Of a stretch of DNA of 64,000 nucleotides, positions 35,687 through 45,501 are shown piece after piece. The notes under the pieces were generated by a model, which did not search any database, was not told the DNA's origin, and saw only the letters and a list, made by a program, of their open reading frames with translations. The stretch spans positions 384,001 to 448,000 of the forward strand of contig CAVXGR010000018.1 in assembly GCA_963761335.1 (NCBI GenBank), read 5' to 3'. A program made the translations under genes and the position numbers. Numbering within the stretch: the first letter of the stretch is position 1; each line of letters begins with the position of its first letter. This DNA comes from an uncultured delta proteobacterium (GTDB taxonomy: Bacteria; Desulfobacterota; Binatia; HRBIN30; BPIQ01).

Positions 35687-36643
35687 GTGCCCGCCGTGCG
35701 CTTTCTGATCACCGGGATGGCCGGCTTCGCGGGCCGCCACCTGCGAAGTCTCCTTCTGCAGAACGGCGATATCGTCTTCGGCTTGGTGCGGCGCCTGCCC
35801 CCTGACCTGGCCGGCTGGGGCATTGCTGCGGAGAGCCTCGCCATCGCTGACATGCTCGACCCCGTCGCCGTGCGCGACGCCGTTCGCGCCTCCAGGCCGG
35901 ACGGCGTCTTCCATCTGGCGGCGCAGAGCTCGGTCGGCGGTGGCGAGGAAGAGGCGAGTGCCACCGTTGCGGTGAACACGCTGGGCACGCTCCACCTGCT
36001 GGAGGCGGTGCGGCGCGAAGCACCGGGATGCCGTCTGCTGGTGGTCTCTTCCGGGGAGAGCTACGGAGCCTCCGCCTCGGCGGCGCCGGTCGCCGAAGAA
36101 GCGCCGCTTCGGCCGCGCAGCATCTACGGAGCCAGCAAGGCCTGCGCGGAGATTCTCGTGCAGCAGGCCGTCGATGCGGGCGGCGTCGACGTGGTGCGCG
36201 CCCGTCCGTTCAACCACACCGGACCGGGGCAATCTGCCCGCTTCGTCTGTGCCGATTTCGCCCGCCAGGTCGCCGCCATCGAGCGCGGCGAAGCGACGGG
36301 TATTCGCGTCGGCAATCTCGAGGCGGTTCGCGACTTTCTCGACGTCCGCGACGTGGTGCGCGCCTATGCTCAGCTGTGGCAGCAGGGCGAACCCGGAGGC
36401 GTGTACAACATCTGCTCCGGCGTCGGCCGTCGCATCGGCGATGTCCTCGAGGATCTGCGGCACCGGGCCCGGGCCCCGGTCGCCGTCGAGGTGGAGGCGC
36501 AGCGTGTCCGCCCGCTCGAGCAAGCGGTGCTGGTCGGCGACAGCTCCCGCTTGCGGGCACTCGGTTGGGCCGCGGAATACTCCTGGGAGCAGACATTGGA
36601 CGACGTCCTCGCCGATTGGCGCGCCCGACCCGACGCTCCTTGA
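35687..36643 (+). CDS. GDP-sugar extended SDR (Rmd / GDP-mannose 4,6-dehydratase-like)
   Basis: TGMAGFAG, FHLAAQSSV, YGASK, RPFNHTGPGQ and RDFLDVRD motifs. Confidence 0.85.
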   Translation: MPAVRFLITGMAGFAGRHLRSLLLQNGDIVFGLVRRLPPDLAGWGIAAESLAIADMLDPVAVRDAVRASRPDGVFHLAAQSSVGGGEEEASATVAVNTLGTLHLLEAVRREAPGCRLLVVSSGESYGASASAAPVAEEAPLRPRSIYGASKACAEILVQQAVDAGGVDVVRARPFNHTGPGQSARFVCADFARQVAAIERGEATGIRVGNLEAVRDFLDVRDVVRAYAQLWQQGEPGGVYNICSGVGRRIGDVLEDLRHRARAPVAVEVEAQRVRPLEQAVLVGDSSRLRALGWAAEYSWEQTLDDVLADWRARPDAP

Positions 36644-36651
36644 CCTTAGGC

Positions 36652-36680
36652 TTGACACCGCAGATTCGGCGAGTCTAAAA
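36652..36680 (+). promoter_or_regulatory. Putative sigma70 promoter upstream of the second DUF1302
   Basis: TTGACA followed about 16-17 nt later by TCTAAA. Confidence 0.35.
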
Positions 36681-36829
36681 GCGCGGCAGTTTGATTTTCC
36701 CCGCGCGATTCGCGATGTGCGGCGGAAGAAAAGGGGCAACGGGCGGATCGGCGCCATTTCGCGACGCACCGCCAGAGCGTGCTCGAGCGTGGGTCGAGGC
36801 GGGGTCCAGGCATCGGGCAGGAGGGGGAG

Positions 36830-38803
36830 ATGGCTCAACGGCAGCCCGGTCGAGTCGCAAGGTGGCTGATTGCGGGCCTCGGGATCGTGCTCGCAGCGGC
36901 GAGCACGGCGAGCGCCTTATTCCTGGATCCGGAACAGAACGTCAGCTTGCGCGCCCGGGTCTACACCCAGGGAAGCGTGCGTCTCGAAAACACCATCATC
37001 GGCGTCCCCCAGGGAAGCCCGGTGGATACGCAGCCGCTGACCAAGGCCGGCCAGCTGGTCCAGCACCGCACCTTTTACAACCCCGAAATGGACGCCAAGC
37101 TGGCGCCTTACCTCTCCTGGATGCGGGGCACGGTGCTGCATTTCCTGACCCCGGACGACTTCACCTTCCGTATGGCGCTTTGGGGCTTCTACGACGGAAT
37201 CTACGATTACGGGCCGAGTCAGTTCGGCGATCGCAACGAGCAGATCAACGCCAACTTCGGCAGCTTCAACTCCGGCACCTGCTCGGGGCCGATGACCGCC
37301 CCCGACAGGGGTAAACCGTGCCGATCGAGCGCCGATTGCTCCGCCGGCGCCTGTGTACCGTCGGGAGCCTGGTTCTTGAAAGGAACGAAGCTTCGGACGC
37401 CGCCGGGGTGCCCCGCAAATCCGAACGCCTGCTTCATCGACTCCCTCGAGCAGCTCCTCCCGGACTACAAGGTGAGGGATCCCTACGACGTCTACGCGCT
37501 GCAGAGCCGCGTCAACGAGCTCTACCTCAGCTACAGCAAGGGGCCTTTCTTTCTGCGCGTCGGCCGCCAGGCGATCTCCTGGGGCGAATCCGATACCATT
37601 GCGCTTCTCGACCAGAACAACCCCTTCGACCTGACCCTCGGCGTCCCGGGGGTCTTTGAAGATCTCGACGAGTCGCGCATTCCGCTGTGGACGGTGCGTA
37701 CCAGCTATGACCTGTTCACTACGCTCGGCCCGCTGTCGAGCGGGTTCGTCGAAGGATACTGGGTGCCGGGCAACATCGACACCAACACCGGCGAGCTGCC
37801 CATGCTCTCGGCCAGCCCGTACTCGCCGCGCGGCAAGGATCCCCAGTTCAGCAGCGGCTTTCCAAACGAGACGCATCAGTTCATTCTCTTCGATCACCAG
37901 CCCGAGGAGAAGATCGAGAACAGCCGCTGGGGCGTTCGCGTGCAGACGGTCCTCAACCGCGCCTACACGTTGCAGGCCTGGGTCTACACGGCGTTCCCTT
38001 CCAATCCGGTGCCGCGGCACGTCGCCCCCGTGGTCGTCAAGCCCGGCTCGTCCGGCGCGCGTCTCTCGCCGCCCGCGGCGCAGTGCAATGCCTTTTCTCG
38101 CCAGGGCTGCAGCCCATTGTTCGTGGTCGAGACCGTGCATGATCTGACGACTGTCTACGGCGCCGCGACCACCTTCTTCGTCGAGCCGCTGGACGGCATC
38201 CTGCGCATCGAGGGGGAGTACTTCGAGCACGAGCCGGGCTTCATCCCGCAGTACAACCTCAACGTCAAAACGGACGCCGACCGGGCGGCCGGCATCGGCA
38301 TCCCCGGCGCCGGGCCGGTCACCGACCCCGGCATCGTACCCAAGGCCGACATCCTGCGCTGGGAGGTCGGCTTCGATCGTTTCTTCTTCTTCCGCCCGCT
38401 CAATCCCACGAACAGCTTCACCTTGGTCATGGCGCAGGTGGGGCAGTGGAACCTGTCGGAGACCTCACGGCGCGACTTCCGAGCGGGAGGCATCCGGCGC
38501 ATCGGCAAGGACGTCCCGGGAGTCGACCCCGTGCCGGACGACTTCGTCGACCAGTACCCGGTCGAGGCGTTCTTCGAGGTCACCATGCTGACCGACTACA
38601 TGCACGGCCGTCTGTCGCCGCAGGTGACCTGGCTTCAGGACGTGCGCGGCACGTACGTGTTCCATCCGCAGGTAACCTATCGGTGGACGGACTCGCTGCT
38701 CTTGCGCCTCGACTATGCGGCTATCGGCGGCGCCTACTACGGCCCCGGGTTCTTCAACGATCGCGATCAGCTGTCGCTGCGCGTCACCTATCAGCTGAAC
38801 TGA
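36830..38803 (+). CDS. DUF1302 family outer-membrane protein (second paralog)
   Basis: Signal peptide, RVGRQAISWGESD...LLDQNNPFD motif and C-terminal DRDQLSLRVTYQLN. Confidence 0.8.
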   Translation: MAQRQPGRVARWLIAGLGIVLAAASTASALFLDPEQNVSLRARVYTQGSVRLENTIIGVPQGSPVDTQPLTKAGQLVQHRTFYNPEMDAKLAPYLSWMRGTVLHFLTPDDFTFRMALWGFYDGIYDYGPSQFGDRNEQINANFGSFNSGTCSGPMTAPDRGKPCRSSADCSAGACVPSGAWFLKGTKLRTPPGCPANPNACFIDSLEQLLPDYKVRDPYDVYALQSRVNELYLSYSKGPFFLRVGRQAISWGESDTIALLDQNNPFDLTLGVPGVFEDLDESRIPLWTVRTSYDLFTTLGPLSSGFVEGYWVPGNIDTNTGELPMLSASPYSPRGKDPQFSSGFPNETHQFILFDHQPEEKIENSRWGVRVQTVLNRAYTLQAWVYTAFPSNPVPRHVAPVVVKPGSSGARLSPPAAQCNAFSRQGCSPLFVVETVHDLTTVYGAATTFFVEPLDGILRIEGEYFEHEPGFIPQYNLNVKTDADRAAGIGIPGAGPVTDPGIVPKADILRWEVGFDRFFFFRPLNPTNSFTLVMAQVGQWNLSETSRRDFRAGGIRRIGKDVPGVDPVPDDFVDQYPVEAFFEVTMLTDYMHGRLSPQVTWLQDVRGTYVFHPQVTYRWTDSLLLRLDYAAIGGAYYGPGFFNDRDQLSLRVTYQLN

Positions 38804-38867
38804 CGCGGTGCCGGAGGGCGAGGTGCCGGGCGCCGGGTTCTTCGGTCCCGGCGCTGTCCGTCTGGGC

Positions 38868-38903
38868 GATCGAGGCGAGGCTCGGCAGGAGCCTCGCCTG
38901 ATC
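38868..38903. terminator. Hairpin between convergent genes
   Basis: gatc-gaggcgaggctc-ggcag-gagcctcgcct-gatc. Confidence 0.5.
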
Positions 38904-38904
38904 A

Positions 38905-39882
38905 CTAGGGCTGAGATCCCAGCACTAGGGCATTGGCCGTGTCGCCAATGATGGTGTCCAAGCCGGAGATCGGCCCGATGATCAACCCGGCACTGTTGGG
39001 GTCGGTCCAGCTGCCGCAGGAGAAGTTCTCCCCCATCGCTGAAATCATGATCGAATCGCCGCCCTGCTTGGGGTTGGTGACCACGTTGGTGCCGGTGGTC
39101 GTCGTGAATGCCAGCGGGCCGTCGACGACCGTGAGGACGCCCGGGATGTCGTGGGGGTGCTCGTAGTCCAGGCCGGCGCAATCAGCTGTCGAGCTGCCAA
39201 AGGGCAGGCGGACGAACACGCCGCGCTCGAAGGTCAGTGTCGCTGCCCCCGGGCCGGCCGCGGCCGGATCGCCGAGGCCCGTCTCGATCTCCACCGGACT
39301 CTCCGGGCCGCTGCCATTGCTGTCCTGGGTGAGACGCACGTCGTGTGCGGTGCCGCCGTCGCAGTCGACTGAGCCGGAGCTACCGGCGGCAAAGAGCTTG
39401 GCGCATGCCGTGGTTCCGTCGATGGCTCCGAAGCCGAAAATGCCGTCCTCGGTGAGTGCTAGGTTTGCCGAGCAGGTCTCCTCCGGCAGCAGATCGGGAT
39501 CCGGGCGCGCCGCGTGAATCATGAGCGGGCCGCCGACCCAGGTTGTGCTGACGTCGCCGCCGAGGCCGGTGCTCTGGAAAGAGCTCGGCGGCTTGGTGAT
39601 GGCAAAGTCGCGGTCCCCCAGCTCCTCGCCGTCGGCGAGGCAGACGCAGCAGATGCAGGACTGTCCGGCGGCGCAGGTGTTTTCCGCCGCCGCCGGGTCG
39701 CACTGCTCGCCGACCACGGTATCGACGATGCCGTTGCCGCACAGCTTCGGCACGGGTGTCGGAGCAGGGATCGGCGTAAAGGCGATGTTGACGATGTGGT
39801 CGTTGGAGCCCCCGCAGCTGGCGATCCACAGGCACAGCCCGGCAATTGTGAGAACGACACCCGTCAGCTTACCCAGCTTCAT
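38905..39882 (-). CDS. Cys-rich lipoprotein of unknown function
   Basis: Lipobox IASC, PTP linker and a CGNGIVD..GEQCD myxobacterial-type Cys repeat. Confidence 0.75.
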   Translation of the reverse strand: MKLGKLTGVVLTIAGLCLWIASCGGSNDHIVNIAFTPIPAPTPVPKLCGNGIVDTVVGEQCDPAAAENTCAAGQSCICCVCLADGEELGDRDFAITKPPSSFQSTGLGGDVSTTWVGGPLMIHAARPDPDLLPEETCSANLALTEDGIFGFGAIDGTTACAKLFAAGSSGSVDCDGGTAHDVRLTQDSNGSGPESPVEIETGLGDPAAAGPGAATLTFERGVFVRLPFGSSTADCAGLDYEHPHDIPGVLTVVDGPLAFTTTTGTNVVTNPKQGGDSIMISAMGENFSCGSWTDPNSAGLIIGPISGLDTIIGDTANALVLGSQP

Positions 39883-40120
39883 ACGGACCCCCTTTGGCAG
39901 TGCCTCCCCGTCTCGCTGCCGCCACACCCAACGGCGACCGGCGACGGCCCGACGACTGGCAGTAGCGGAGTTCAAAAGCAGTTGTCAAGGCAATCTCCCT
40001 CTCGGCGGACCTGGCGACTCCGATCTAGGCACGACCTTGACTTCTGCGCTCTCTTTGCGGCAATCAGCTTCTGGTTCAACCGTTTGATTGAGGCGCCGGG
40101 TCGGAGCAGAAAGGAGCGGT

Positions 40121-40939
40121 ATGCCACCGATCTTGTACGAGAAACGCGGGCGCATCGCCGTCATCACCATCAATCGTCCAGAGCGGCGCAATGCCCTGAA
40201 CTTCGAGGCGTTCGGACTCCTCGCCAAGACCTGGCTGGATTTCCGCGACGATCCCTCTCTGTGGGTGGCGATCATCACCGGCGCCGGCGACAAGGCGTTC
40301 TGTGCCGGCGGCGACCTGAAGGAGTTCATCCCGATGGTGACCCAGAACATCGGCGAGCTCTCCTCGTCGCGCGGCGAGCAGACGCTCGGGCAGGAGTTCC
40401 CCGTGAACGCCTCTCTGGTGGCGGTGCTGCGGGAGGTCGAGCTCTACAAGCCGATCATCGCCGCCGTCAACGGCTACTGCATCGCCGGCGGCATGGAGAT
40501 GTTGCAGGGGACCGACATCCGCATCGCCTCGGAGAACGCCGCCTTTGCGATCGGCGAGCCGCGCCGCGGCCTCTTCCCCGGCGGCGGATCGACCACCAAG
40601 CTGCCGCGCCAGATCGCCTTCCCGCACGCCATGGAGATCCTGCTGACCGCCGAGCCGATCAGCGCCCGCAAGGCGTACGACTACGGCATCGTCAACGAGG
40701 TGGTGCCGCTGCCGGAGCTGATGCCGACGGCCCTCCGCTACGCCGAGCTGATCTGCAAGAACGGGCCGGTGGCGGTGCGCAAGGTGAAGGAATCGGTGCT
40801 CAAGGGACTGGCGATGCCGTACAAGGAGGCGCTCGATCAGGAGATGGTGTACTCGGCCGAGGTGTTCTCGACCGAGGACGCCATGGAGGGAATTCACGCC
40901 TTCCAGGAGAAGCGCCCTCCGCAGTGGAAGGGGCGCTAG
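40121..40939 (+). CDS. Enoyl-CoA hydratase/isomerase (crotonase)
   Basis: NRPERRNAL, FCAGGDL, KPIIAAVNG..IAGGME and E.RRGLFPG motifs. AAGGAG SD. Confidence 0.92.
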   Translation: MPPILYEKRGRIAVITINRPERRNALNFEAFGLLAKTWLDFRDDPSLWVAIITGAGDKAFCAGGDLKEFIPMVTQNIGELSSSRGEQTLGQEFPVNASLVAVLREVELYKPIIAAVNGYCIAGGMEMLQGTDIRIASENAAFAIGEPRRGLFPGGGSTTKLPRQIAFPHAMEILLTAEPISARKAYDYGIVNEVVPLPELMPTALRYAELICKNGPVAVRKVKESVLKGLAMPYKEALDQEMVYSAEVFSTEDAMEGIHAFQEKRPPQWKGR

Positions 40940-41021
40940 CAAAGAGCTGGCGCAAAAGGCCCGCACGCAGTAGTCGCCTGTTCTTCAACGGGCTAGGGGT
41001 CCGACGCAAGGGAGACCGAGA

Positions 41022-42173
41022 GTGAAGCCGCAGGACTGCGCCATCGCCGGGGTCGGCTGCTCGCGCTTCGGCAAGGTGCCGGGAGTGAGCACCATGGGCT
41101 TCACGCTCGAGGCCTCCCGGCGCGCCATCGAGGACGCCGGAATTTCGCGCGACGACATCGACGGCGTCCTGGTTATGATGCCGGCGATCATGGGCGAGCA
41201 GCACGGCTGGGCCGCCCGGGTGGCCTCATTCCTGGGAATCGAGCCGACCTTCTCGGCGACCATGGACCTTGGCGGTGCCACCGCCTGCGGCAGCGTGCAG
41301 ACGGCGGCGGCGGCGATTGCTGCCGGCTACTGTGGCGCTGTGCTCTGCTGCTTCGCCACGCAGAACTGGCCCCAGGGCGTGATGATGCAGCTCTTCGGCT
41401 CGGAGTTTCAGGTGCCCTATGGCGACGTCGGCGCCATCACCTTCATGGCGCACCTGAAGCGACGGCAGCAGCACGAGCTCGGCCTCCGCGACGAGGCCTA
41501 TGGTGAGATCGCCGTCACCTTCCGGCGCCACGCGGCGCTGAATCCCGAAGCGCAGATGCGCAAGCCGATGACCCTGGAGAATTACATGGGCTCCCGCTGG
41601 GTCGCCGAGCCTTTGCGCCTCTTCGACTGCTGCCCCAACACCGACGGCGGCGGAGCCTGCATCGTCACCTCGATGGAGCGAGCCCGGGACCTCGCCAAGC
41701 CTCCGATTCGCATTCTCGGCGCCGGACAGTCGCACTCCTCCGAGATCATCCGGCCCCTGGGTGCCGATTCGCAGCGCTGGGGCGGCCGCCGCGCCGCCGA
41801 GATGATGTACGCGATGGCCGGGCTCGCGCCCGGCGACGTCGACGTCGCGCAGCTGTACGACGCCTTCACCCCGCGCGTCATTCACGATCTGGTCGCCTAC
41901 GGATTCTGCGCCGCACCCGAGGTGGGCGAATTCGTCGCCGCCGGCAACCTCGCCTTCGGCGGTGCTCTGCCGTGCAACACCGCCGGCGGCCTCATCTCCG
42001 AGGGGCATCTGTCCGGCTTCGGGCACGTGCGCGAGGCGGTGCGGCAGCTGCGCGGCGACTGCGGCGAGCGTCAGGTCCCCGGTGCGGAGATCTGTCTGGT
42101 CACGGGCTACGGCGGTGCGCCCCACGAGGCGCCGCCGACGGTGAGCTACGCGGGGCTGTTGCTGTCCCGCTGA
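41022..42173 (+). CDS. Thiolase-fold protein, SCP2/Ltp-type, without the canonical Cys
   Basis: LRLFDCC..TDGG, QLYDAFT, NTAGGLISEGH and EAVRQLRG motifs. Confidence 0.85.
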   Translation: MKPQDCAIAGVGCSRFGKVPGVSTMGFTLEASRRAIEDAGISRDDIDGVLVMMPAIMGEQHGWAARVASFLGIEPTFSATMDLGGATACGSVQTAAAAIAAGYCGAVLCCFATQNWPQGVMMQLFGSEFQVPYGDVGAITFMAHLKRRQQHELGLRDEAYGEIAVTFRRHAALNPEAQMRKPMTLENYMGSRWVAEPLRLFDCCPNTDGGGACIVTSMERARDLAKPPIRILGAGQSHSSEIIRPLGADSQRWGGRRAAEMMYAMAGLAPGDVDVAQLYDAFTPRVIHDLVAYGFCAAPEVGEFVAAGNLAFGGALPCNTAGGLISEGHLSGFGHVREAVRQLRGDCGERQVPGAEICLVTGYGGAPHEAPPTVSYAGLLLSR

Positions 42174-42188
42174 GGAGGTCGTCTGGCG

Positions 42189-42602
42189 ATGTTCGCCCTG
42201 GAAAAACCCTTGCCCCGTCCCTCGGAGGACACGGCGCCGTACTGGGAGGCGGCGCAGCGCGGCGAGCTGCGCATGCAGCGCTGTGCCGGCTGCGGACACA
42301 TTCGCTTTCCCCCGGCAATTCTCTGCGCCCGCTGCCTGTCGCCGGAGTCGGAGTGGGTCCGGCTCTGCGGTCGCGGCACGGTGTTCAGCTGGATCGTGAT
42401 CCACCAGTCGCAGCACCCCGCCTTCAACGCCGACACGCCTTACAACGTGGCGATCGTCGAGCTCGAAGAGGGACCGCGGTTGCACACCAAGGTGATCGAC
42501 TGCCCGAATGAGGAGATCTTCATCGGCATGCCCGTCGAGGTGGTCTTTGACAAGGTCGCCGACGACACCACGCTTCCGAAGTTCAGACCGGTGCGGAGAT
42601 GA
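42189..42602 (+). CDS. Zn-ribbon + OB-fold protein (DUF35/ChsH2-like)
   Basis: PYWEAA..GEL..QRCAGCG..FPP..LCARC, VELEEGPR and IGMPVEV motifs. Confidence 0.9.
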   Translation: MFALEKPLPRPSEDTAPYWEAAQRGELRMQRCAGCGHIRFPPAILCARCLSPESEWVRLCGRGTVFSWIVIHQSQHPAFNADTPYNVAIVELEEGPRLHTKVIDCPNEEIFIGMPVEVVFDKVADDTTLPKFRPVRR

Positions 42603-42880
42603 AAATGCCAAGCTCATTGAACCTCGCTCTGCAGCTGCGCGCCCTGGCGGTGCGACCATTGGCCCTTGTCGTGCCGGTCGTCGTTTTGCTCATCCTCGGA
42701 CTGGCCGCCTGCAAGGATACCACCCGGGAAATGGCCGGCGGTTCGTCCATCGACGCCCTGCAGCGCGCCAAGACCGTGGCGGCGGGACAGTCCGCGGCGG
42801 CCATGCAGCGCTTTCAGCAGGGGCTGAAGGAAGGCGGCGCCACCGACGACGAGGTCAAGAAGGCGATGGGCGAGGAATGA
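42599..42880 (+). CDS. Small lipoprotein, hypothetical
   Basis: Hydrophobic leader with lipobox LAAC. ATGA overlap with the upstream gene. Confidence 0.55.
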   Translation: MKMPSSLNLALQLRALAVRPLALVVPVVVLLILGLAACKDTTREMAGGSSIDALQRAKTVAAGQSAAAMQRFQQGLKEGGATDDEVKKAMGEE

Positions 42881-42920
42881 GCCGGGAGCCGGGCTCTTGC
42901 GGAAGACCCAGCCGGAAGCC

Positions 42921-44756
42921 ATGCGTGCCAGGCGCAAGCTGAAGAGCCCGCCGGTCAGGGGGCGGCGGCCGCGGCGGGCGCGGTCGCGCGATCGGGGCGC
43001 CTCCGTCGACCCGGTCACCGCCGAGATCATCCGCGGCGCGATGGAGACCATCGCCTACGAGATGGCCACCCACGTGAGTCTGACGGCGACCACGCCCATC
43101 CTCAATCAGTCGAACGAGCGCAACGCCACCATCCTCGACGCGCGCGGCTCGCTGGCGGCACTGAGCGTCGGTATCCCGCAGTTCATGCTCAGCTCGACCC
43201 TGCCGGTCCGTTTCGCCCTGGAGTTCTTCGGCGCCGACGGCCTCTATGACGGCGACGTGCTGGTCGCCAACGACCCCTATCACGGCGGCGGACACCTCCC
43301 CGACTACAACATCTTCGCCCCGGTTTTCGCGGGCGGCGAGATGGTGCTCATCGCCTCCATCCAGTGCCATCACGCCGACACCGGCGGGGCGATGCCGGGC
43401 GGATACAACGTCGATGCGCGCGACATCTGGGCCGAGGGGGTGCGTTTCCCGGCCGTGAAGATCTACGAGAAGGGCGTCGAGCGCCGCGACATCACCTACT
43501 TCATGAAGGTGAACAACCGCACTCCGACGTTCATCGGCGACCTGCGCGCCCAGATCGGCGCGGCTCAGCTCGGCGTCCGCCGCCTCAAGGAGCTGATCGC
43601 GCGCCACGGGGTGGCGGCGGTGCGCGGCGCCGCGAACTACATGATTGGCTACGCCGCCCGCCGCTTCAAGGAAGAGGTGGCCAGATGGGCCGACGGTGTC
43701 TACGAGTCCGACACCTGGGTGGATCAGGATCCGAAGGGGAACAGGGACATTCACATCCACTGCACGGTGACCGTGAAGGGCAGCGATCTCACCGTCGACT
43801 TCACCGGCTCCGACACGCGGCAGGACCTGCAGGCGTACTCCACCTTCGGCAACACGCGCGGCTACGTGGTGGCGCAGCTGGCGAGCATGATGGATCCGGA
43901 CATCCCCAAGAACGAGGGCTTCTTCGACTCGATCCGCCTGATCGTTCCAGAGGGCTGCTGTCTCAATCCCTCACCGGACCGCTCGGTGGCGGCCGGCACC
44001 CACCACCCGGGTACGGAGGTCGGCGAGGCGGTCGCCAAGGCCTTGGAGAAGGTCGTCCCCGAGCGCTGCTGCCCGCAGATCTACAAGATGGGTATGCCCA
44101 CGGTGATCTTCGGAACCAATCCGAAGACCGGGCAGCTGTTCATCGATCACTCCGTCGATACCTTTGCTGCCTACTGTGGCGCCGTATACGGCCAGGACGG
44201 CTGGGGGGCGATGAACGTCAGCTTCGGCAACCTCATCCGCGCCACCGCCGAGATCAACGAGAGCCTGTTCCCGGTGCGGCACCTGTCGCGCGACTACGCC
44301 ACTGACACGGGCGGCCCCGGCAAGTGGCGCGGCTGCCCGGGCTCGCTCTACATCAAGGAGCTGCTTTCTCCCTCGCAGCTCTACACCTACGTCGTCGGCA
44401 TCCGTTATCCGATGCCGGGGATCGCCGGCGGCAAGCCGGGAATGCCGAACCGGCTGCGGATTCGCTGTGGCGGCCCGCACGAGCAGGAGGTGGAGACCAC
44501 GGCGTTCTACGTCGAGCACCAGCCCGGAGAGCGCTACGAGTACCGCTACGGCGGCGGCGGCGGCTGGGGCGATCCTCTGGACCGCGACCCGCAGGCGGTG
44601 CTCGACGACGTGCTCGACGAGTACGTCTCGATCGAAGCGGCGCGCCGCGACTACGGCGTCGTCCTGCGCGGCTCGCTCGAGGAGCTGGACCTGGAGGTCG
44701 AGGCGCGCGAAACGGAGAAGCTCCGCGTCCGCATGCGCCGGCAACAGTCTAGGTGA
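42921..44756 (+). CDS. Hydantoinase B / oxoprolinase family protein
   Basis: DPVTAEII, NDPYHGGGHLPD, HHADTGG, EG..FP, GGPGKWRG and GGGGWGDP motifs. Start approximate. Confidence 0.9.
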   Translation: MRARRKLKSPPVRGRRPRRARSRDRGASVDPVTAEIIRGAMETIAYEMATHVSLTATTPILNQSNERNATILDARGSLAALSVGIPQFMLSSTLPVRFALEFFGADGLYDGDVLVANDPYHGGGHLPDYNIFAPVFAGGEMVLIASIQCHHADTGGAMPGGYNVDARDIWAEGVRFPAVKIYEKGVERRDITYFMKVNNRTPTFIGDLRAQIGAAQLGVRRLKELIARHGVAAVRGAANYMIGYAARRFKEEVARWADGVYESDTWVDQDPKGNRDIHIHCTVTVKGSDLTVDFTGSDTRQDLQAYSTFGNTRGYVVAQLASMMDPDIPKNEGFFDSIRLIVPEGCCLNPSPDRSVAAGTHHPGTEVGEAVAKALEKVVPERCCPQIYKMGMPTVIFGTNPKTGQLFIDHSVDTFAAYCGAVYGQDGWGAMNVSFGNLIRATAEINESLFPVRHLSRDYATDTGGPGKWRGCPGSLYIKELLSPSQLYTYVVGIRYPMPGIAGGKPGMPNRLRIRCGGPHEQEVETTAFYVEHQPGERYEYRYGGGGGWGDPLDRDPQAVLDDVLDEYVSIEAARRDYGVVLRGSLEELDLEVEARETEKLRVRMRRQQSR

Positions 44757-45501
44757 GAGTCCTTCGGCGCCGCAGGAGGCGGCGCAAAGGCAAGAGCAAC
44801 AGCACCGGCGCCAGCAACCACGCGAAGCCGCCCGGCGAGCGGCGATTGCCGATGGCGCAGCCGTTGCTCGATGACGAGGAGGTGTCGTTGCCGGGTGCCG
44901 GGTAGATGAAGTTGACGCCGGTGATATCGTCGGACTGCGGCGAAGTCAGCCGGGTCGCCGAGAGGTAGATGGTCGAGTTCATCAAGGTGCCGGCTCCCGA
45001 GGCGCCGCAGGCGTCGGAGTGGTCGAGGCCGAGGACGTGCCCGAGCTCGTGCATGGCCACCTCCCGAAAGAGGTCGGCGTTCTGGAACGCCGACTCGGCG
45101 CTGTCGAAGAGGAGATCGGCGTCTGTCAGCTGCCCGGAGTTGCGGTCGTAGCGGGTCACGGTCACGGCGATGGCATCGCCGAAGGAGCTGCCATCGCACA
45201 GGCGATCCGAGAACGCCATGGTGACCACGCCGTCGGTCAGGTCGCACTTGTGGCCGAACGCCGACTGGAACTTGAACAGTGAGGCTGCGACGTTCCAGCG
45301 CTGCATGGCCTCGTTGGCCAGTTGCTGAAACTGCGCCGGAGTAAGCTCGCTGGTGTCGACGGGGGCGACCGCGGACGGCCAGAAGATATTGCGGGCCGTG
45401 CCGCATGGATTATCGTCGACGCGCTCGAGCTCGAAGGCGAACGCCGGAGAGGCCAGCAACAGGCCGATGAGGAGCAGTCGGAGGGACGCCGTCGAAGTCA
45501 T
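44749..45501 (-). CDS. Matrixin-family zinc metalloprotease with a C-terminal GC/TM/basic tail
   Basis: HELGHVLGLDH, Met-turn TLM, signal peptide and tail SSSSSNGCAIG...WLLAPVLLLLPLRRLLRRRR. Confidence 0.85.
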   Translation of the reverse strand: MTSTASLRLLLIGLLLASPAFAFELERVDDNPCGTARNIFWPSAVAPVDTSELTPAQFQQLANEAMQRWNVAASLFKFQSAFGHKCDLTDGVVTMAFSDRLCDGSSFGDAIAVTVTRYDRNSGQLTDADLLFDSAESAFQNADLFREVAMHELGHVLGLDHSDACGASGAGTLMNSTIYLSATRLTSPQSDDITGVNFIYPAPGNDTSSSSSNGCAIGNRRSPGGFAWLLAPVLLLLPLRRLLRRRRTLT

